NCBI GenBank assembly: GCA_963817895.1
Contig: CAWFQB010000004.1
Coordinates: 96,001 to 160,000, forward strand
Direction of reading: 5' to 3'
DNA length: 64,000 bases
DNA from: an uncultured Chthonomonadaceae bacterium
Lineage (GTDB): Bacteria; Armatimonadota; Chthonomonadetes; Chthonomonadales; Chthonomonadaceae
In this document: positions 56,242 to 64,000 of the stretch, in pieces
Numbering within the stretch: the stretch's first letter is position 1
How the letters are laid out: each line of letters starts with the position of its first letter
Position numbers and translations under genes: made by a program
The notes under the pieces: model-generated
Told to the model about the DNA's origin: nothing
Databases searched by the model: none
What the model saw: the letters and a program-made list of their open reading frames with translations, nothing else

Positions 56242-56793
56242 ATGCGCTGCAATCGTTTAGGTTCGTCACGCCGTTCACTGTTTGGCGCTATGGGCGCGCT
56301 GCTTGCTGTTGGAGTGCTGGCGGGCTGTGGTGGTGGCGGTTCCTCAACCACGCTCAACAGCAACCCGGTGACATCCACCCCGCGCACCGTTGACAATCTG
56401 CAATTCACCCTTTCGGCGGACAAAACCGTTTATGCCAGCGCCGCGCCTGTCAACATCACTTTCACGGTGAAGAACGTCAGCGCGGCCCCCATCAGCGTCA
56501 CGTATGCCACTCTCGGACCGGACTTTGTTCAGGTCGCGCAGGGCGGCACGGCAACATGGAGCGCGCAAAACGGAACCGGCGCGCCGCCACAGGTTTTAAC
56601 GTTTGCGGCGGGCGAAACGAAGACCTTTACGGAAACCTGGAACCATCAGAATCTGGAAACCGGGGCGCAGGCCAGTGGCGGCACATACAACGTGGATGCG
56701 CAACTGCGCGCCATCGCGATTAATGGCGTGACAGTGGCGGCGCAGACCAGCCGCGATTTAGCGGCAAGCACCATCCAGGTGACCATCCAGTAG
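56242..56793 (+). CDS. Lipoprotein with Ig-like (BsuPI-like) domain
   Basis: Lipobox LAGC; LSADKTVY, FTVKNVS, GETKTF..TW, GTY. Confidence 0.7.
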   Translation: MRCNRLGSSRRSLFGAMGALLAVGVLAGCGGGGSSTTLNSNPVTSTPRTVDNLQFTLSADKTVYASAAPVNITFTVKNVSAAPISVTYATLGPDFVQVAQGGTATWSAQNGTGAPPQVLTFAAGETKTFTETWNHQNLETGAQASGGTYNVDAQLRAIAINGVTVAAQTSRDLAASTIQVTIQ

Positions 56794-56833
56794 CTTGATT
56801 CTAATCTGTTTCTAAAAAGTTTAAAATACACCC

Positions 56834-57005
56834 TTGACAAATCCGAGCCGAGGGTGTATATTAACCTTGCTTCCATACACGGAGGTAGAAAATGGTCAAC
56901 CGACAATTTTCTACATACCGAAAATGGGAGTGATTTCAAAAGTAAAGACGGCGATGAAGAATGACAAAAATCGTCCTTGACAAATGAAATCAAGTATGGC
57001 ATACT
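56834..57005 (+). promoter_or_regulatory. Tandem rRNA promoters P1/P2
   Basis: TTGACA-N17-TATATT (56834-56862) and TTGACA-N17-CATACT (56977-57005). Confidence 0.8.
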
Positions 57006-57266
57006 AGAGTGTTGCCGCGAAGAACTCCAGAGTGAGCGCGGAAACAAATGAACCTTTACAATCACGTTTTTGACGTTTTGTGTGGACTTTGAGTTCTTGC
57101 GTCATACGTACCATAGTGACTTCGGAAATTGCAGTTGGCTGAAAGGCCGACTGCGGAATGAAACGAGCAAGGATTCGTTCTTTCCGCTTTCGAGTGGATG
57201 AACAAAAACAGTTTGTAATCTCGTCTTCTGGATTTATTCAGAAGTTCGAGTTCGCATCAAGTTAAA

Positions 57267-58973
<1,707 letters not shown>

Positions 58974-59150
58974 TGGACGCGGAAATTATGTGGGATGTTT
59001 GAGGCTTACGTTCTGCTCTTCGGAGTGGCAACGCTTGAACATGATCACCTTCCCTCCTAGGTCGGTTCTTTGCTCAGAAGTCACATTAGGTTCGTAAGAA
59101 GCAAGCCTCAGAGTCCACACAAGACTAATTAACGTGATTGTAAATAGTTC

Positions 59151-59194
59151 AAACAAGGCCGGAAAAGCACACGCTTTTCCGGCCTTGTTTGTTT
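59151..59194 (+). terminator. Intrinsic terminator of the 16S transcript
   Basis: AAACAAGGCCGGAAAAGC...GCTTTTCCGGCCTTGTTTGTTT. Confidence 0.85.
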
Positions 59195-59213
59195 GGCAGG
59201 GTATAATGCATCT

Positions 59214-59270
59214 GGTGGAGGTTCGAGTCCTTCCGTTCCCAATGGGAATGTAGCTCCAACTGGCAGAGCA
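59214..59270 (+). ncRNA. Circularly permuted tRNA-like RNA (T arm, closed acceptor stem, D arm; no anticodon arm)
   Basis: GGAGG-TTCGAGT-CCTTC; CGTTCCC-AAT-GGGAATG; TA; GCTC-CAACTGGCA-GAGC; A. Confidence 0.75.
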
Positions 59271-59316
59271 AAAAGCCCCGGCAACAACATGAAGATTGTT
59301 GTTGCCGGGGCTTTTT
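59271..59316. terminator. Bidirectional intrinsic terminator
   Basis: AAAAGCCCCGGCAACAA...TTGTTGCCGGGGCTTTT. Confidence 0.85.
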
Positions 59317-59331
59317 ACATCAAGGATTTCA

Positions 59332-60525
59332 TTAGTTTTTCAACGGTTGATTAGTCTCGAACGAAAATCCCGCGAGAAACTGAACCGCTTGCGTAAGCGG
59401 CACACGGAATTGCCCCTTTGCGGTTGTGTAACCATGTTCTAATCCAGCTTCGCCGTGTGGCGTGTACGTGTTGCCGTGCGGGTTCCAGAGTGTCACCCAA
59501 TCAATCGTCGGGTCGTAATCCAGAATGGCATACGCATGGTTGCTGGTGACGCCGGGAACCTTGACGCCCGCGCCCGTTCCCGCGCACACGAGACGCTTGT
59601 TCTGCATGGCTTCCGTCAACATTCCGCGCAACCTCTCCAATCCCTCCTGCTTCTGCGGTTCTGTTATATCTGACTTGCGCAACGGAGTACAGGAAAACCG
59701 CTTAATCTGATGGCCCGTGACAAACGCCACCATCGTTCCCGCCGAACCGCCTTTGCCTAACACGTCCAGCGGGGATGCGCTGCTGTCGGGTGACAAGGTT
59801 TCCTTGCGGCATATACCTACCGCTTTCTCGTACAGGTTGACCCACACGCCGTCCAGACTGCTTGAAGAGGTCAGCGCGATTTCGGCATCTGTCGGGGCGG
59901 AAAGACTGACACGCTTTTTGTTGCCGAACTGCACCAGAATTGTGCCGTCGGCATTGGCCTGAAACATCTTCACCACGTCCTGCGGATCCCGGTGCAGCAT
60001 CGCCCCAAGCGGAGCCAGACAAAAGCAATCTCCTAACCGTCCCTGATGTAGCGTGTCCAGATTGGGCGAACCGGACACAAACAGATCGCGCTTGATGCTT
60101 TGTATCCGCTTCCACGCCCCCATGTACAACGCCTCATAATCCGGCTGTTTGCCCCGCATTTCTTGCGTCATGGGAATACAGCGCGTGATGTTGTCCAGAG
60201 TGAGCGCAGGCGGCGTAAACGTCTTGCTGCGCAGGGAGCGTTTCAGCGCGACAATCGCGGCAGCCGATTTGCCCGTTGTTTGCGGGTCGGAAACGGCCTT
60301 ATCCACCTCCTGCTCGGAAAGCGTACCGTCGTGGTCACTGTCCCATTGGACAAAATGCGCCGTCACTTGTTCCAGAAACGGCGAGGAAACCGAAGCAGGC
60401 GCGGAAGCGGCAGGCTGTTGCGGAGCCGTCTGCGAAGAAGATTGCGCCCACGAAGCAGTGTTTACGCTAAGGGCTAAAAAACAGATGTTTGCGGCAAGCA
60501 GGGAAAAACGACGCGCAGTTCGCAT
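59332..60525 (-). CDS. Secreted calpain-like (C2) cysteine peptidase with EF-hand-like motif
   Basis: QGRLGDCFCLA, NHAYAIL, LWNPHG; DSDHDGTLSEQE; signal peptide. Confidence 0.85.
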   Translation of the reverse strand: MRTARRFSLLAANICFLALSVNTASWAQSSSQTAPQQPAASAPASVSSPFLEQVTAHFVQWDSDHDGTLSEQEVDKAVSDPQTTGKSAAAIVALKRSLRSKTFTPPALTLDNITRCIPMTQEMRGKQPDYEALYMGAWKRIQSIKRDLFVSGSPNLDTLHQGRLGDCFCLAPLGAMLHRDPQDVVKMFQANADGTILVQFGNKKRVSLSAPTDAEIALTSSSSLDGVWVNLYEKAVGICRKETLSPDSSASPLDVLGKGGSAGTMVAFVTGHQIKRFSCTPLRKSDITEPQKQEGLERLRGMLTEAMQNKRLVCAGTGAGVKVPGVTSNHAYAILDYDPTIDWVTLWNPHGNTYTPHGEAGLEHGYTTAKGQFRVPLTQAVQFLAGFSFETNQPLKN

Positions 60526-61165
60526 AATGGGAAAACCTCGGAAAATGGAGAGTTAGGGAGAACCAAGATAACACCGGTATTTGGACGCAGACTGACCCCT
60601 AATGTTCATGTATAAGGCACAAACCCACATTGAAAACAGTATACAAGAGAAATGCTGTTTTCTGTATGCGGAGACAACCATGAATTCCGAATTACAACCT
60701 TCTCATCTTCCTCCAAAACTGAAGCAGGAACTTCAATCCTCGAAAGAAGCGAAACAGGCAGCCGAGCTACAGGCAATGCGGCTACAGACTGCCATGATGA
60801 AAACTCTGCTGTTGCTTCGCGGGTTAGGAGTTACACTGGGAGAACCGAAACAATTCTTAATGGAAGTCTATGAAGACGCGGAACGAAAACAGCACGTTAT
60901 CCTCGCCAGATGGAACTTGAAACCGACCAAAAAGGAACGTTGCAAGTTGTTGTTCGAGTTTAGTTTCGACAAGGACGAACTCACCATGCGATGGTTTGAC
61001 AAATCCGTTGCTGCAAACTTGCCGGATACACAGGAGCGTAAAGCTGTAGATGCCAAACGCTGGCAGGCGCTCTATAAATGCTTTATAGACCTCGATAAGA
61101 GAGATAACCTGTCTGATATTATTAGCTTCTCGATCTCTGATTCTGAAAACGAGGAAGACAGACAG

Positions 61166-62792
61166 CCCTGTGTGCCACAATAGGTTGAGACAAAATCCCG
61201 TACACGAAATAGTGTAGATCGCCAGGGCGGAGAATGGATTTCTCAGATGAATACGCCGTTGACAGACAGCCCAACCACTCGCCTCACCAACAATGGACAC
61301 CACAGCGCGCCCTCCCCCGCGCTGCGCCCGGAGGCGCAGGTGCAAACGCGCCCCACGCGCCGCCGCTTTACCGCTGCGTACAAGCTGCGCATCCTTAAAG
61401 AAGCCGACGCCTGCGTCAAGCCGGGAGAGTTGGGGGCGCTGCTTCGCCGCGAAGGGCTGTACTCCTCCACGCTTGCCAACTTCCGCAAACTGCGCGAGGC
61501 GGGTCAGTTGGGCGAGAAGAACTCTGCCCAGGCGCAGAAGCAGCGCAAAGACAAAGAAGCCGCCCGCCAACGCGATGCCCGCAGGATGGCCGCTCTGGAA
61601 ACCGAGAACCAGAAACTGCGCGTTCTGCTGGAACTCCAAAAAAAAGTAGCGGCCTTGCTCGACCTGACACTGGAAGAAACGCCGCCCGAATAAGCCTGGT
61701 TGCCGAAGCGGGCGCAACGACCGGGATTGGCCGCGCCTGTGATGCGGTGCAACTGAGCCGCGCCCGCTTCTACCGGGAGCAACACGCTGGTACGGGCACA
61801 ATCCAAGAAGGCGTCCTTGTTCCCAAAGCACAACGGGGTTCTCCTCGCCGCTTGTCGGAAGAGGAACGCGCCCTGTTGCTCAATCTACTCTTGTCGGAAC
61901 GCTTTGTAGACGCTTCGCCCCGGCAGGTGTATGCGCAATTGCTGCAAGAAGGCGTGTATCACGCTTCCTATCGCACGATGTATCGCCTGCTGCACGAACA
62001 CCAAGCCATCTGTGAGCGTCGGCGGGTTCGCAGGCATCCGGCGTATAGCAAACCTGAACTTAAGGCAACCGGCCCTAATCAGGTGTGGACATGGGACATC
62101 ACCTACTTGAAGACGCCCATTCGGGGTCGCTTCTATTACTTATATGTGGTTATGGACATCTACAGTCGTTATGTGGTCGGCTGGATGCTCGCAGACCGGG
62201 AGTGTCAATACCTGGCGCACAAGCTGCTGCAAGAAACCTGTCGTAAATACAACATCGCGCCTAACCAACTCACCCTCCATGCGGATCGCGGCGGGCCGAT
62301 GAAAAGCCAGTCGGTAGCGCAGCTCTTACTTTCGTTGCAGGTGACCCGTTCGCACAGCCGCCCGCGTGTCAGCAACGACAACCCGTACTCGGAAGCCGGG
62401 TTCAAAACGATGAAGTACAGCGCCTACTTCCCGGAGCGCTTTAGCAGCCAGGAAGACGCGCAGACGTTCTGCCAGGACTACTTTGTCGGGTACAATACGT
62501 GCCACCACCATACCGGCTTGGTGTTGCTTACGCCCGAACAGGTGCATTTCGGCGAAGCAACGCAGGTATTGGCGCAGCGGCAAGTCACGTTAGATAACGC
62601 CTATGCCGCGCATCCGCAACGCTTTCGAGAGCGTCCGCAGGCGGGGCAGTTACCCGACGTCGTCTGGATCAATGCGCCTGCGTTGCCCGTTGGCGAAGGC
62701 ACAGCACCGGTTGCCGGTTGAGTGGCGAGGAATGACTGCTCGCTACATAAAAATACTTTCGCTTTTTGTCTCAAAATCCTTGACACATTCCG
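61166..62792 (+). mobile_element. IS3-family insertion sequence with 3-bp target duplication (CAG)
   Basis: Imperfect IRs sharing TGTG.CA...TTGAGACAAAA; CAG at 61163-61165 and 62793-62795. Confidence 0.8.
61247..62721 (+). CDS. IS3-family transposase OrfA/OrfB, probably joined by a -1 frameshift
   Basis: OrfA HTH RRRFTAAYKL; A8G at 61638-61646 with an open -1 frame; DDE motifs WTWDIT, HADRG, DNPYSE. Confidence 0.9.
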
Positions 62793-62937
62793 CAGCAGTA
62801 TTTTATCTGTCTGAGAGTTAGCAGGCGGATGATCTGTAGGTATGGAATTGATAGCAATCTAATCATTCGAACTCAAGGTTCCAGTTTCATATATGAGCGA
62901 CAGCGGTAATTCCGGTAGAATCAGGACCGAGAGTGTC

Positions 62938-64000
62938 ATGGATACACAACATTGCTTGCAGGCGCTAGCGGCACATGGCATTACAGAAGCCGATAGCGCT
63001 ATGCTGTTGCCTCTATTGTTGGATGGATTGCGTCTCAGCCCCGACTCGGATCGCGCTTTTGCCGCGTTTGAACGCTGGCTTGCCGCGCTGGAAACGCCAC
63101 GCGACTATCTGCCCCTGTTGCAATCGCTGGATGTCCTCAACCGCTTCTGCCTCGTCACCGGAAGCAGTCAGTATTTTGCCGACCTGCTGATTCGTAATCC
63201 TGACGATATTCATATTCTTGTACACCCGGAAGGCTATGGCGAACGGGAGACGCCCGCGCATCGCTATCGCGAAGTCTCCCGACTGATGGAGGGCTGCGAC
63301 ACACCCGAACAGCAGCGCGACGTTCTGCGCCAGTGGAAAGCCCGCGAGATGCTGCAAATCGGTGTGCGCGACCTGCTCGGACTGGACGATATGCCCACAG
63401 CCGCCCGCGAATTTTCTAATCTGGCCGATGCTTGCGTACAAATGGCGCTGGAGATTGCATACGCGACGCTGGAGGAGAAAGGAGAAGGGAAAAAGGAAAA
63501 AGCAACGGATAGTGGGTCTTTCTCCTTTCTCCTTTCTCCTCTCTCCTCTCCTCTGACCGTTTTTGCTCTGGGCAAGCACGGCGGGCAGGAACTCAACTAC
63601 AGCAGCGACATTGATCTGATTTTCGTTCATGCCGATGGATTGCCCGCTTACATCACATTGGAAAGCGGCAGGCGAATGGAATCGCCTGCGTATCTTGCGA
63701 AATTGGCGGAAACGTTGATTAGCGTTTTGAGTGAAGACGGCGGGCAGGGGAATGTGTTCAGGGTAGACATGCGCTTGCGCCCGGAGGGACGGTTTCGGGG
63801 CGTTATCGCGGTCGCTGACGGGGTATCGCGCTTATTATGAAAAGTGGGCGGAAAACTGGGAGCGGCAGGTGTTGCTTAAAGCGCGGTTTGTAGCCGGAAA
63901 TCGCGCGCTTGGCGACGCTTTTATGGCGATGATTGCGCCGCTTGTGTACCGCCGCCAGATTTCGAGCGCGTTTCTCAATGATATTCGTGTCAACAAACGG
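62938..64000 (+). CDS. glnE: Glutamine synthetase adenylyltransferase, 5' part (frameshift near 63800)
   Basis: ALGKHGGQELNYSSDIDLIF, FRVDMRLRPEG; the next frame has WERQVLLKAR. Confidence 0.9.

Larger units (their letters stand above)
60680..62909 (+). pseudogene. Hypothetical gene interrupted by an IS element
   Basis: Frame ...EEDRQ resumes after the IS as QYFICLRVSRR...YERQR* (stop 62907-62909). Confidence 0.65.

Noticed and set aside
59214..59270. Ordinary tRNA gene or att-site tRNA fragment
   Set aside because: The halves are in reversed order, pair with each other and lack an anticodon arm; no integrase is nearby.

Overview
Bacterial chromosome window. 16S signatures suggest Armatimonadota, which is an inference. 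Left part (1-~24100): a mobile island bounded on the right by a tyrosine integrase next to the 3' end of tRNA-Arg(TCG). It carries a phage-type replication initiator with internal iterons, two ribbon-helix-helix switches, a Cas4/AddB-like PD-(D/E)XK protein, three ankyrin genes and a duplicated gene+hairpin+promoter module. It also carries a restriction-like defence operon (SNF2-DUF3883 helicase, sacsin-like ATPase-nuclease, DUF1156 methyltransferase, two unknown genes) that runs off the left edge. Right part: mostly housekeeping genes (PBP1A, EncFtn-like ferritin, Hsp20, MFS, rsmG, hppA, LptD-like, fabF, CcrM-like MTase, pth, glnE). It is interrupted by a tandem pair of NACHT-LRR (NLR-like) genes, a stand-alone 16S rRNA gene with two repeat-built insertions, and an IS3-family element splitting a gene. 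The most striking unexplained signal is a circularly permuted, anticodon-less tRNA mimic (59214-59270) with its own -10-like box and terminator, right after the 16S terminator. Many genes carry single-base frameshifts, most likely long-read assembly errors.
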